From: Podarcis melisellensis
Lineage: Eukaryota
Assembly: GCA_964234715.1 (NCBI GenBank)
Contig: OZ174279.1
Direction: 5' to 3' (one strand)
Length of the DNA: 64,000 nucleotides
How positions within the stretch are numbered: position 1 is the stretch's first letter; the number at the start of each line of letters is the position of its first letter. The notes under the pieces were generated by a model. It made no database searches. It was given only the letters and a program-made list of their open reading frames with translations, and was not told the origin of the DNA. Below, piece after piece: positions 11,081 to 25,303 of the stretch. The translations under genes and the position numbers were made by a program.

Positions 11081-12657
11081 AAAAGATAGGTACTATCAAA
11101 TAGCAATAGCACAAGTATTGCCTCATCTGCTAGCTCAGGATATTCAGTAGCAATTGAGTAATGTGAGTAACATGAAGCCAAAATTCAGATAACCTCACCT
11201 CCCCAAAGTTTTCTTTGAGAATCATGTCACGACAGTTCACTGAGTTGTTGTTCATTTTGCACAGACAAAGACAACCTTGTAAGATTAGTTACACATGGGT
11301 TTCACATTCACTCAAACTTCTGCTTCTTTAGCAGAAAAGTAGCGGACAAATGTTGGTGGAACAAACTTCAAATCACCCTTGGCTAAACTATTAACTAACC
11401 CTGGCAGCAGATCCAGTGATGGTTTGCCAAAAGGTGCTCATCAGAGGAAAGCTGTAACAGTCACTCAAAACAACTCCCCAAATGAGCACTTTGTGGCAAA
11501 CTTTCACTAGATCTGCCGCCAGATGCCAGAGCAGTGTTTATAAAAAAGTAAGACTCAAGCCTTTCCTACATTTGGTTACAAGTGACAACAGAGCATTATA
11601 ATATGCCAACAAAACAAAATGCTGTTACAGGTTTCATCATACCAGTTAAGTATTAAAAGCAATAATTAATTTGGGTTTGCTTATAAAACCCAATGACCCA
11701 CTTGCACGGGTTTGGAAAACACTGCTCTAACCTGCCTTTATCTTGACCTTGCTTATTATGGCTACCTTTGCCTGTGTTAAAATTTACGTTTTGTTGGCCC
11801 TTTTGTGATTAATTGAATCTGTTTGCATCATCGACTTAACCCTAGAACTTGCTAACCATCTAACCCTTGTATCTGGTTTTGTGTTAACTCCACTAGTGAT
11901 TAAATTTTCCTTGATTGTCAGTAGGGATGTTGAATGTAATTGGGCACAGCAGATCAATGCAAGATCCTGTACTAGAGACCCATAGTGGGAATTCTTATTG
12001 ACTTGACACCTGTCTGTATATAATTTATGGAATGAGCTCTTTGATTTTGTCTCTTAAAAAGCATTACAAATGTCTCAAGAGCAGGTTCACTATCCGCTAT
12101 GCAAGTATAGTTCCATTGCTTTGAAAGACATGACTGAAAGTGAACAAAAAGCAACCCTCAAAACCCACAGATAACCTTCCATGGAGCAAAGCCAGTACCC
12201 ACCCTTAATAAATTACCCACTAGATATATTACATCTCAACACAATTTTTGTAGTCTGTTTTTCTGCCATGAAATTTTGCTTCAAACAGCATAGATTTCTG
12301 CTATGTATGATTCAGCTAGGCTATTTTCTTCTAGTTTTCATACATAAGTTTTTCCTAATAAAGTAATATGGGAATTTCAGTGGTTCCACAATTACAAGTG
12401 GCTTCTCCATTATTTGTAGCTTCTCCATTGCCAAAGTTCTGCAGAGAGTCCCAAAGACAAAAAATGTAGGATATGCTTTCAGGACACCAAATTGAATCTT
12501 TGTACACTAAATTGAATCTTTATACTTTTCACCCTTCTTGAAGTCTGTGAATCTGCCCTGTTGTTGGTTGTCATCTACCAATTTGAAGAAGGGTTTATCT
12601 GGATAGCTTTTTTGAAGGGATTGTATATATATTCGTGGTTTTGTTCAATTTCTTTAG

Positions 12658-12833
12658 GTGCTGATATCAAAGGATTTCCCAGGATAGGTCAAGGAGACAT
12701 GCCCAGCTTGGAAGCAGTAGTTTCTCTGATAGAGAAGAGTGAAAAGCCAGTGGTGGCTGCTATTGAAGAGGTGGCTTTTGGAGGAGGCCTGGAAGTAGCA
12801 CTGGGCTGTCATTACAGGATTGCAAATAAGCAG
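12658..12833 (+). CDS. EHHADH: EHHADH exon 3 (176 nt)
   Basis: [37 protein letters not shown] crotonase motif with catalytic E105; AG/GT boundaries. Confidence 0.97.
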
Positions 12834-13165
12834 GTACAATGATTTTTTAAAAAAAACAGCTTAGATAGGTCAGCTTGTTGGAAAGGCTCCTTAATATATG
12901 TTCTCTCCATGAGTTTGAACTTGGAATATTACCTCCAACCAACACACCACCCAGAGACCTTAGAGTCATAACCCAGGTAAGGGATACCTATTTATCATTA
13001 AAGACTATGACATCATTGATAAATGAGAGTGAGGTAGCTCCACATCCCCGCCCCCTCTGTTTTCATTCAGTTTTGTTTGGTTTTTTTTGTTCTTGGGTGC
13101 TATTGAAGTGTATGTTCTTGTTTAAATAAATAAAAAATATATTATAAGCCCCAGTAACTCTCTAA

Positions 13166-13327
<162 letters not shown>

Positions 13328-14137
13328 TGAATGCTAACCATACAGGTGTCAAGTATATTAACAGCTTGATAACTATACTGACATTACAAGATAATGAATA
13401 TCTATGCAAGTAACATGTTAGAAAATGGCCGTGACAAGCACACACTATGTATGTATAAGGTCCTAAGTTCGATCCCTGAAATTTCTAAGTAATAAGATGT
13501 ATATAAGGTCACAATATTGGACATTCAGACTGTTTTGGGTGGAGTTGCACTCCCCTTAGGAATCACTTCACAAGTCCCATCAGTGGAAGGATTTGAGCTT
13601 GCACAACAAGGCTTCCCGACTCTCCTCCCCCATGCCCCCCAATGGCTCTGGGTTAGGGTTAGGAGAACCCCCCAGAATAGTGCATGGGGAGAGGAGAGGG
13701 AATGATGATTCCATCTGCCAAGCTGCAGACAGAACAACTGGAAGAGCGTGGCATTGCATTGCACCCTATATTTCTATCCCACTTTTTAGCTAGAGTCCTC
13801 AAAGTAGCTAACAACATTTATAAATGCAACAGATACACAAAGACCCACATGCTTAAAACAAACAAACAACCAGACCCACTGGAACTGGCTGCAGATATTC
13901 CTTCCTGCATGGCAGTTGCTATAAGTTGGCTCAGGGTGAGGGAGTCCAAGTGGTATAGGTCCCAATCTTGTCGCTGCCTGCCTCCCTTGTTCCTTTCTTC
14001 CTTTCCACAGGACAGTTGGTGTCAGGTAACACTATGCAGATGAGGGGCAGAGGGGGGGCAGTCCAACTGGAGCAAACCCTGATGTTGTCTTGTCTGCCTT
14101 CCTCATTTTCTTCTTCCTTCCCACTTCTTCATGCCAG

Positions 14138-14242
14138 GAAGACATGTGCCAGCAACTGAAGCACTGAAACTGGGAATCCTAGATGGGGTTGTGGAAGGAA
14201 AAACAATCGAAGCAGCCATAAACTTAGCAGAAAGAGTAGTAG
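14138..14242 (+). CDS. EHHADH: EHHADH exon 5 (105 nt)
   Basis: RHVPATEALKLGILDGVVEGKTIEAAINLAERVV; long pyrimidine tract, G|GTAAGA donor. Confidence 0.95.
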
Positions 14243-14908
14243 GTAAGAGTTCTTAACTGTATTGGGCAGCAGCATAACACATGTGGCATGACCTGAAGCC
14301 CAGCCTTAATATAAGCCATAGACAAATATCAGTGAAAATATTTATTTAGCAGAGCAATCCTATGCATGTTTATTCAGAAGTGTTGAGTGGGGCTCCTTCC
14401 CTGGTACATAAGTGTGCATAGGACAGTAACCTTACTAAGTTACAACATTGGAATGGTACAAAGCCCTGATACACAGGATAGTTGGTGGAAAATAATAAGA
14501 CTGTATTACCAAATCATAAATGTCCATACAAAAATCCTTGGTTAACTTGATGCCCTGCCAATTGACTGGCGGAGCTGTTTTTATGTTTTTGTTTTTCAAA
14601 TAAAGCTATAGGATTCTGAATATCGATATCAAGGGATTCCAAAAACATTGCTTTTTTCAAAATAATCGCATGGCTAAGGTAGGAATTCATGCAGCCTTGG
14701 TTGTCCTTAGTTAATATAACCTTGTTCTCATAGGGTGGAAGAGCGTTCCCTGAAGTGTTTCTCCAGTTGTTCGCATTTATTGCTGATCATGGAAAAATTT
14801 TACTGGACCTTTATTGTCTTATTGTTTATTGTGTTTTTATTTTAACATATTCAATGTTAGGTAGTATATAAATGTTGTAAATATATGTCTGAAAATAGTA
14901 ATTCATGT

Positions 14909-15050
14909 CAGGTGTGGGGAACCTGTGGCCTTCCAGATGTTGATGGACTACAACTCCCATCATCCCTGATTATCCTTGGCCATGCTGGCTGAAGCTGATG
15001 GGAGTTGGGAGTCCAACACCATCCGGCGAGCCATAACTTTCCCAGTCCTG
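14909..15050. mobile_element. hAT-like fold-back MITE
   Basis: CAGGTGTGGGGAA..GGACTACAACTCCCATCA..TGATGGGAGTT..TTCCCAGTCCTG; sibling at 31948-32064. Confidence 0.7.
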
Positions 15051-16655
15051 TAATATTTGCCATCACAGCACTGAATGTCCTCCTGTATTCCACCAAGGCT
15101 CTTTGCCTGGATCTGCTAAAACATAGGAGTTACAATACCCCTGGCAGGGCAAAAAACACGGCTCAAGGCTTTGGAGGGTGTGTGAAACCCACTCCCAAAA
15201 GAGGTAAACACTCCCCAAGGAAGATTGGGAGCCTTCCAAGCAAAGACTTTCTAGAACCTGCACAAAACAATCTGCTATGCTGCTAAATTGGTTTTGCAGT
15301 TATGAACTTCTTTCTATAGTTTAACCTAAATCTTTCTGTTTCCACCATTTGCAGCTAAAGCAGTTTCCATATATTTGTCTGTTTATTTCTTTGTTGATAT
15401 CCAGGCATCTGCTGTGCAGTGAGTTAAAGGACAAACGCCAGCAGGACCCTACAGGAGCACCTGAGGCCTGTCTGAATCACTGAGCAGCACATTCCTTGGT
15501 GCATATACCTCGTGAAAATGTGCCTATGTGGACTCAGTGTCAACAAATGGCTGGCCTATAATTTTGGAGTCGAGCATCATTACTGCCAGTCGTAACGAAA
15601 ACACAATTGGTTATAAATTTTAAAACAGAGGCACGCTTGTGACTGAGCGGATCTAATAATCACACCGTCAAGAAACTCCTATTTTACGAAACACAAGCAA
15701 GCTTAATAAGACAAATATAACATGGCCAACAGGTGACTAGCAGCACAATCCTATACATCGCTACTCAGAAGTAAGTCCCACTGAGCTTAAGTGGTGTCAC
15801 TGGCACTTACCACAGTTGGAAGAGCACAAGCACCAGATTGGCTGCACTGGTGTGCTTGTGTAGCTCTGATCTCATTGCTGCCCTGTCCGATACCAGTAAG
15901 TGACAGCAACACTGCTGTGGGAAGGGAGGCTGAACACTCGTGCACTGTCATGCTGGTCATTCCTGGTAAGAGAGTATAAGATTGCAGCCAATGGCTGCCA
16001 TCTTGTGCAGGCTGTCAACATGCAGAGGGCCGCAAGGCCAGCTGGCTAGCCCCAGCTGGGCCATCTCCTTCCAGCCGTCCCGCTGAGAAGACCCATCGGC
16101 CTCTGCTCCAACGTAAATCAGCGACCCGGGCTTCAAAGCCAGGGCACACTATCAGCAGATCGAACTGCGCACACAGAATAGGCGTGAGGCTTGTGAAAGC
16201 ATACTACAACTACAGATTTATTAATCATAAATCAGGACAGAGAAACATGTCGTCTCTCTCTTCATCTTCTCAGAGAGACAAACAGCAATACACATAATGG
16301 AACTTCCCAGCAAGCTGTGCTGGAATGTAAACAGACATGTGACACGCAACAGTTCCACACGTCTGCTCCTTAAGGTGGAATGGAAATTCTCAATGAGCAA
16401 GCAGCATTTACTTCTGATTAAAATATTCATAGAATTCTGCTGTTAATATGTTTTTAAGCACCAGAAAACAAATTATTCAACAACTACATCTTTCCACATT
16501 TGGCTACCCATAAAATCGTACTTCTTCTTACTACCCTTCTGAAGGCAATAGTTGGTGAGACATTTCCAATGCACAGAGGTCCACATTTCAAGCAGGGTGA
16601 CTCCAGGGTGCTGCTGGCTGAGTCACTGAGGCTGCTGTCCTATACGCACACTTAC

Positions 16656-17112
16656 TAGGGACTGGGAGAGCAGTTTGATTCAGTTCACATTTTAAGGCAA
16701 TCCTACTGACTTTGCACTTTCTGAAGCAATATGTGAATTGAAACAGACGTTCTTCAAAATCTGCAGTTCTCTACATTTTGCCATTCAGCTCTCCAGCCAA
16801 GTAATGTTTACCAAAATGCACATGCTAGGGTAAAGCATGCATTCAAATGCATATATTCAGGAAAATATCATACAAAAATTCATTATATAAGGGAAAATAG
16901 CTTTGCAAAAATGTGAACGTTAGACAAAATTGCATACAAAGATGTGCATATGAGGAGAAATCCATGCTAAAATCTGATGGTTTTCATGAAGACTTAAAAA
17001 AACCAACCACTAACTAACTTTTGAATTGATGAAGAAAGGTGGTGAACTAAGCTAAAGGGTGGGAAAATGAGAAACTAGGAGAAACCAAAATGGACAAATT
17101 CATCTATTCCTA
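16656..17112. mobile_element. Non-autonomous DNA-transposon-like insertion
   Basis: TAGGGA..TTCCTA termini; splits a short palindromic repeat whose halves rejoin; no clear TSD. Confidence 0.4.
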
Positions 17113-19134
17113 CTAGGGAATAAATCCCACTGAAACCAAAGGGGCTTGCTTTTGAATAAACATGCACAGGGTTTCCCTGTGATCCTGTTCCACAGATTGC
17201 TCAAGTGGTGTGCAACTTGCACCTCTGTAAAAAGGAGGGGGGAGTATTTTCAATTCAGCTAGATGTCTCGTGAGCAAGGAACAGAAAACATATTTGGGGG
17301 GAATATGTTTGCACCAGCTGTTTTTAACATCACACTATTCACTTTGTCCACCTGATGGCACTAAAACCTGGAAAATAATGCTGCTTTCAGCATACAGCAG
17401 CAAATACCATCAATTTATCAGAGTTCCATGGTTCTTTGTGTTCATGGAGGCAGCTACTGTGCCATTGTTCAGATGAAGTCTGAACAGTGGCTGCCTTTTA
17501 ATACTAGGCTTTTTGAAGGAAAGATGGGGCACAAATGTAAAAATAATAATAATAATTACCATTTAGCTGTTGGTAATTCTACCCATGACACAACAAAGTT
17601 CGGAGAGTTTCAGTGCCCAGTAATTTGTATGTCTGAGGAAGGTTTCCTGCAAAGCAGACCTTACTGTAATTATGTTGCCATAATTTTTCAATGGCGTTTC
17701 AAGCAGAGTTTGGGGGAGGTGAGCCTCCAGCTCTGGTCTGGGTGGGTCTCCTTCCAAAAAACCAAAGACCTCCTCATCTCCTCTTAAGAATCAATTGGAA
17801 AAGATCAGTAATTGCTGACAAAGAGTGTGTTTGCATCGGGTTTGGGGTGGGGCTCAGATGCACTCCTATAGCGCATATTTCACTACCTACAGTCCACAGA
17901 TGGTCCAGATGGTCACCTATGGCAGGTAGGGACAAGTATAGGTTGTGGTATCTGTGGAATTTAAAGTAAGTGGTAGACTGTCACTTTGAGAGGATTACCT
18001 CCTGAACATTGATATGTAATAGATACAATATGGCGTAAAACAGGGGAGGGAAACATCTGGACTGCAGGCACTGGTCCCAGTTTGGCCCGTGAGGCTGTTT
18101 CTCACAAACCATGCCCACCTACCCTATACATGATATCAGGTAAGGGGCAGGTATGGCTATGGATGGAAGGGACCACTTGGGAAAGGAACAATTCTATATT
18201 ATAGAATAGATGTACTGAACTTGAAGCAGGAGAAATCCCACTAGAAACACTCAACTGTGTGTGTGTTTTTTAATCTTTTGCCAACACCACCACAACAGGA
18301 ATCTCTCTGCATCAAATTAGGCAAGTCCAGACAAGTACTTTTCTTCAAGGGACCAGATGATATATGGCACTTCCTGGCCATACTTGTGTTCTCACTTTCT
18401 TCTGCTTCCAGGGACTCAGTTTCCCTATGGATTGCCCTGCCTTTACAGGGAATCCTAAATAACCAGGTGTTTGCATGTTGTAAATGAGCCTTTTGATATA
18501 AGCGGTTGAAGTCCTTGTACCAGAAGGTGGTACACTGAAATACCTGGATATATTTTCTCACCTTTCTTTTTGTAAAGGTTTGAGAGAGTTATGTCCCATA
18601 AATAATACAATGTATATTATCTTGGCTTTTTCTATATTGACAGTAACATGAACTACAAAGAGATCATCCTCATTATTATCAACAACCATGACATTATTTT
18701 CTCCCACCTCTATCTCCTAAACAAAAGAAGAAAGAAACATGCAGGGTGTTTCAGAGACTGATGTTTTGTAGAACACTCAAAATATGTGATCTAGGATTGT
18801 GATTGGAATTTAAAATGCTGTGTATTTATTAGGTCAGATTTCAGGGGAGATGAAAATATTTAATATGGCTCAATTTAGATTGCCTCCGTTTTTAATATAC
18901 TTTTGGAAAATGTAGGATGCTTAAATTCTTTACTGCAGTGAGGTTTTGAAATTCCTCTCTGCAAGCATAAGGGTTAGAATATGCCTTTTTACACTTTTTT
19001 AAAAAGTGTAAATAAATATTAAATACTCTAAGTTGTAAGTTCCATTGAACTTAGTGTTTACAAGTAAACCCACTTTAAAAATACTTATCTGGATTCATTT
19101 CAGTCTGGGTCAGGCACAGTTTTAGGACCAAAAC

Positions 19135-19632
19135 AATCTTGGTCACCCTGATGTATCCTATGTTGAGAGCAGGACATGGAGAATATGGCTCTGCTTCTGC
19201 TTCTCAATCTGTCAACAGCTTTTGATTCCATTGACTATGGAATCCTTGTAAGGTTAGCAGTTCAAATCTGTGTGACGGGGTGAGCTCCCATTGCTCTGTC
19301 CCAGCTCCTGCCAACCTAGCAGTTCGAAAGCATACCAGTGCAAGTAGATAAACAGGTACTGCAGCAGCGAGAAGGTAAACAGCAGTTTTGTGCATTCTGG
19401 CTTCTGTCACGGTGTTCTGTGCAGTTTAGTCATGCTGGCCACATGACCCGGAAAGCTGTCTGTGGACAAACACCAGCTCCCTTAGCCTGAAAGTGGAGTT
19501 GAGGGCCACACCCCATAGTCAAATTCAACTGGAGTTAATTGTTCAGGGTCCTTTACTTCTAACTTTTACCTCCTGGACCAACTCTGTGGGATTGGCACTA
19601 TTTTACAGCGGATCCACTCCTACCTACAGGGC
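19135..19632 (+). mobile_element. L2 LINE reverse-transcriptase fragment, interrupted by a SINE
   Basis: ALLLLLNLSTAFDSIDYGIL before the SINE and LLDQLCGIGTILQRIHSYLQG after it, matching the L2/CR1 RT motif LDLSAAFDTVDH..LL.RL. Confidence 0.7.
19250..19570 (+). mobile_element. Sauria SINE, diverged and 5'-truncated
   Basis: GACGGGGTGAGCTCCC..CCAACCTAGCAGTTCGAAAGCA..GGTCCTTTAC. Confidence 0.85.
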
Positions 19633-19757
19633 TATGTCAAGAGAGCTGCGTTGTGAGACTGTGTTTCACCTGCAGACGGACAAGAAATTAATTTTAGTTT
19701 ATCAGGAAAAGATATGGACTGACTAGTTTTGTCATCTTGATTTCTCCGTCCCTACAG

Positions 19758-20099
19758 GACAGCCGTTGGGCCCTCGCAGGCTCTGCCAAAAAGAAACTCC
19801 TAAGCTACCCAACATGGAAGCCGTTCTTGATGCAGCTTTTGTGAAGGTGAAGAAGCAGGCCAATGGGTGCCTCTCGCCAGAAATGTGTTTCCATGCTGTA
19901 AAAGCCTCTGTGTACCTGCCATTTGCAGAAGGAATTCGCAGAGAAAGGGAGCTGTTCATGTTCCTCTTGACTTCAGGACAGGCTAAGGCACTGCAATATG
20001 CCTTCTTTGCACAAAGGTTGGTGGAGAAGTGGGCATTGCCCAGTGGAGCATCTTGGAAAACTGCAGTCCCTCAGCCAGTCCGGAGAGCAGCTGTGATAG
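19758..20099 (+). CDS. EHHADH: EHHADH exon 6 (342 nt)
   Basis: QPLGPRRL..EGIRRERELFMFLLTSGQAKALQYAFFAQR..RRAAVIG; CTACAG| acceptor and G|GTAAGA donor. Confidence 0.97.
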
Positions 20100-21045
20100 G
20101 TAAGACTATAGGATTCCATGAGTTAAGCTCATTTATTGATATCTTGTTCTCAGTAGCACTTGTAAAGTTCCTATTCATTCTTAAGCGTCACCTAATTTGC
20201 ATGCAGGAGATCCAAAATTGGTGTATCACCTCTTCAGTCCTGGCTTCCCTTCTCAGTAGCTGCATCTCTGTTTAAAGATCCTGGAGCTCAGCCTTCCTTT
20301 GAATCTCGTTGCCTTGCTTCTACTTAAGGTTGCCACCTCTAATTCTGGACAACTTGAGATGCCTTTTTGTAAATCTCCCAATACAGGGGGAGAAAAGGAA
20401 ACCAATGACACATTATCCCTTCCTCTTCTGTGATAAGTTAAGTAGAGGGAGATTGTTTTGCTCAGCCGGTGTGATAATAATGTATTGACTCTATGAGATT
20501 CTTGTGTTTGGAATGTGATCTTTGAAAGTAGGTCTTCTGCAACAGATGCAGAAGGTATTTTTGTCAGGTGTCATTTAGAGGTGACAGAAGGTGCACCTAC
20601 ACCTACACAGCCCATAGACGCTCCTTTGCTTCTGGCCACCATGGGTAAAAGTTCAGCAAGAAAAAGGGGCTGTCAGGCTTGGGTTTCAAAGACTGCTTTT
20701 CCCTTGCACAGAGGCTGTTTACTGAAAAGTACTTAATCATTTGAGGATGTATTCATCCCAATATGTTTTGTTGACAAGTACCTTTTAAGAAGCTTTCATC
20801 TCATTGTAGCGAGCCACTCTTCCCATTTTGCCGTCTCCTATTTCTCTCACCCCCCCCCCAATAATGCCTTCATTAATTTTTTATACAGGCAGCTGAAATA
20901 AAGCTCTTTGATGCACTGCACAGATCTCTCAACAGTCCTTTGCTGTTCTGCATATTGATCGGTATACTCAGTGGGAGACAGCTCTCTAAGTAGCCCAGCC
21001 CTCAGCAATGCCCCTTTGATTTTTAAGAGACTGCCAGCTATCTCA

Positions 21046-21093
21046 TCCCTCCCTCCCTCCCTCCCTCCCTCCCTCCCTCCCTCCCTCCCTCCC
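21046..21093. repeat. (TCCC)n microsatellite
   Basis: About 12 units read directly; G4/triplex-prone composition. Confidence 0.95.
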
Positions 21094-22392
21094 CAGTTAT
21101 TAGATACAGGATGTGCTTTGCTGCAGTGGGTGCAACCTGAGCTCTCTGCAAGCTCACCTCAGCACGAGGTAGCCTTGAGGACTGTGGCTTCATATGCCCC
21201 TTTGCTTCTTCCATTTTGCAATCTTAATTAACATTCTCTGCATGAGTCATACCCCTTTAGAGCAAAAATCTCTATGTCGTCAGTTACATCTGCCAACAAG
21301 CCTGAACTCTCAAGTTGCTATGAACTCATCCACTGGAGAACTGACATTCATGTTAAGCAGCATGGAGCCTGAAGCTCAGCACATGTGGGAGGGATGTGGT
21401 TTATTGTTCAGTATGCAGACGTAAATGTGTGTCGACCTGATCTGCATTACCACATGGGCTTTGGTGGGAACAGTCTCCATTTTGAGTTTCATGGGAAATC
21501 ATAAATGACAGGTTTGCTGCTAGACAAGTGACAGATATGCAAAATGGATATGTCTGTTATGGAAATACAGATACAGGTCAAAACAGAAATATTAATTCTG
21601 AATTATCATTGGAATGGAATGGAGCAAGAATAGCTTGCCCAGAGGAGGCTCTTACTCCAAGCTAATATTAATCTAGAGAATATGTAGTAGAAACACTAGC
21701 ATCTACCAACATCTGTTCCTCATGTTGGCACCTTATTTGCATATTCTTCAGAGACTACAAAGAACTTTGAAATAAACCAGCACTTTAATTGGACATTTAC
21801 AATCTGAATATGTTTCAATGCATTTTAAGCCTACTGAATTTTCTGTAACAAGTTTTCCATCATTATACATGGGTCACTGTGCGTTGCTACAAACTTGCTT
21901 CGCTGCTTCGAGCAAACTGAATCTGAAATGCTTTTAAGGCAGTGTAGGATGAATTTTGCATGACTGACTGCTGCTTGAGCATATCTGGTGCTCAGCTACC
22001 TAATAAATTGATTTGGTCCTCTTTTGCTGTAATATACAGAAGCAGGGTGTAAGGATAGCATTATCGAAATGAAGGTAACGACACTTTTCTGTGGTGGTTG
22101 CAATATATATAACACCGCCTCCCCTGCCCCTGCAAAACTTGAATGTGATCCCAGTCTTCTCTTCATTGCAATGGGTAGTGCTTCATTTGAGTCTGGGCTT
22201 CACTATTAGACCTAAGGCTCTCTTTAAAGAGCCAGTGTTGGGCCCTGCCATTTGAATCTCCATTAATCTTCTGCATTAATTAGAACTGGTTTTCTCAGAT
22301 TCTTCTGAAGCTAAGGTTCTTCTGCGTATAAAGACATTTTTCATCCTTCCCCACTAACAGCCAAATTTGGAGAGATTCATAAACAATATCTT

Positions 22393-22414
22393 GTGTGTGT
22401 GTGTGTGTGTGTGT
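22393..22414. repeat. (TG)n microsatellite
   Basis: Read directly. Confidence 0.9.
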
Positions 22415-23980
22415 TTAAATAAGGTGGAATCGTACCTATAGATATCACTATTATTCAGATTTGGTCCACAGCAGTGGGCGGCAGAGTTTTTAAAAAACAA
22501 TTTCCCAAATGAGCTCCCCCCCCAAAAAAAGCTGTTGTGTGCCCCATATGGGGAAGTATACAGGCCCCATGCATACAGGGTTCCAGCTGGAAATCAACCA
22601 TACAACTAGAAAATAACTACAGTGGGAACTGAGGTCAGATCAACTACGTAAGATGACTTAGAGGGGGAAAGGATTTCCAGAAGTAGTAGGAAACATTTAA
22701 ATAGAGACAAACATGTTCCAGCTTTTCTTTTAATTGTGTCTCTGATCTTGTAAACTCTTTATTCAGCTATTTTTCATCCCATAGTATACTGGAAGACTGA
22801 GCCAAATTGCTACCTTGTTTGACCCGCATTACTAGGAATTGATCTTGTTTTACTGACAGCATAATTTCAGCTATTCTTCATAAAGCTGCTTTAGATTAAT
22901 TTTTTAATCCCTGTGGTTTGTGTTTCTTTCTCCAGCTAAAACAAGTCACATTCATAGACTTGATAATATGGGCCATGAGTTTTTAAAATAATTAAATCAC
23001 TGTACAGCAAAAGTCTTAGTCACATAGTTTTGACCCTTTTAGCAAGCCTCAGACATTGACAGCTGGTTCTAAATATTGTTTATTACAAAGTTTCCTCATT
23101 CTGATCTTTGGCCCCTGCAATACAAAGGGATTTTGATCTGATCCTCATCAGGTAGCTGTCCCAGAACACAGATTGAGTAGCTGTCCAAATATAAAATCAG
23201 TGGGCTGAAACTAGAATGTATTGAGCATATAGCAGGCCAGCCTAGATAGCTGTGTCACTGAGGAAGCACCATGTGTAAGGCTCCATAAAGCTTTGAGCAG
23301 AAGGCTTTTGGGGAACATTGACTAATAGCAATTTGATGCAGCCTTTCTAGAATAAATGAAGATCAATAGGTTTTGAAAGCATGCTCCACATGCAAGAAGG
23401 TAACCAGCACACTTCATGACAGAAAAGATAGTTAATCAGACAAAAAAGGTCACTTGATTGTGAGGAATTCTTATTCTGCTACAACTTTATCTTGGCTGCA
23501 TTCTGATATGATGGTACACCATAATTTGTATTATGAACACAAGCATCCAAGAGCCTTAGGCTTGCACATTCCCTCATCTTCTTCTTTCTATAGGTGGAGG
23601 AGACTAGAAGTATCTAGTGGGGATTTGCAGCCATTTTGTCCAAACCTAATAACTATGATTTGTGTAAAAATATAGTTTGCTGGAGTTTGGCAAGACAGCA
23701 AATATGAATTGCTACATAGCTTATCTCCTCCACTCATGCATAGAGGAAGAAAAGGAGGAGAGTGCAATTTCTAGTAGCTATTGAACAGACTCCCCTATGA
23801 AATGCATAATCCCAACTCACTTGCACAGACATTAACGTTGCTTTCCATCTTCAGCCTTGCAGTAGTTTCTTTTCAGGATGGTAATGTTAATTCAAATGTG
23901 GATCTTCTCAATGGTTTCCCTCTCAATTTATGTGCCTATTTTGTAAGTTAAAAGATTGCCTAATAAGCTCCTCTCTGTAG

Positions 23981-25303
<1,323 letters not shown>

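Larger units (their letters stand above)
10366..11724. mobile_element. Old hAT (Charlie-like) non-autonomous element carrying nested insertions
   Basis: Ends TAGTGGTTCCCAAA / TTTGGAAAACACTG; flanks CACTAATC / CTCTAACC (6/8). Confidence 0.5.

Noticed and set aside
11514-11530. CTCF-like CCGCCAGATGCCAG
   Set aside because: Mismatch at a core G and located in a transposon relic
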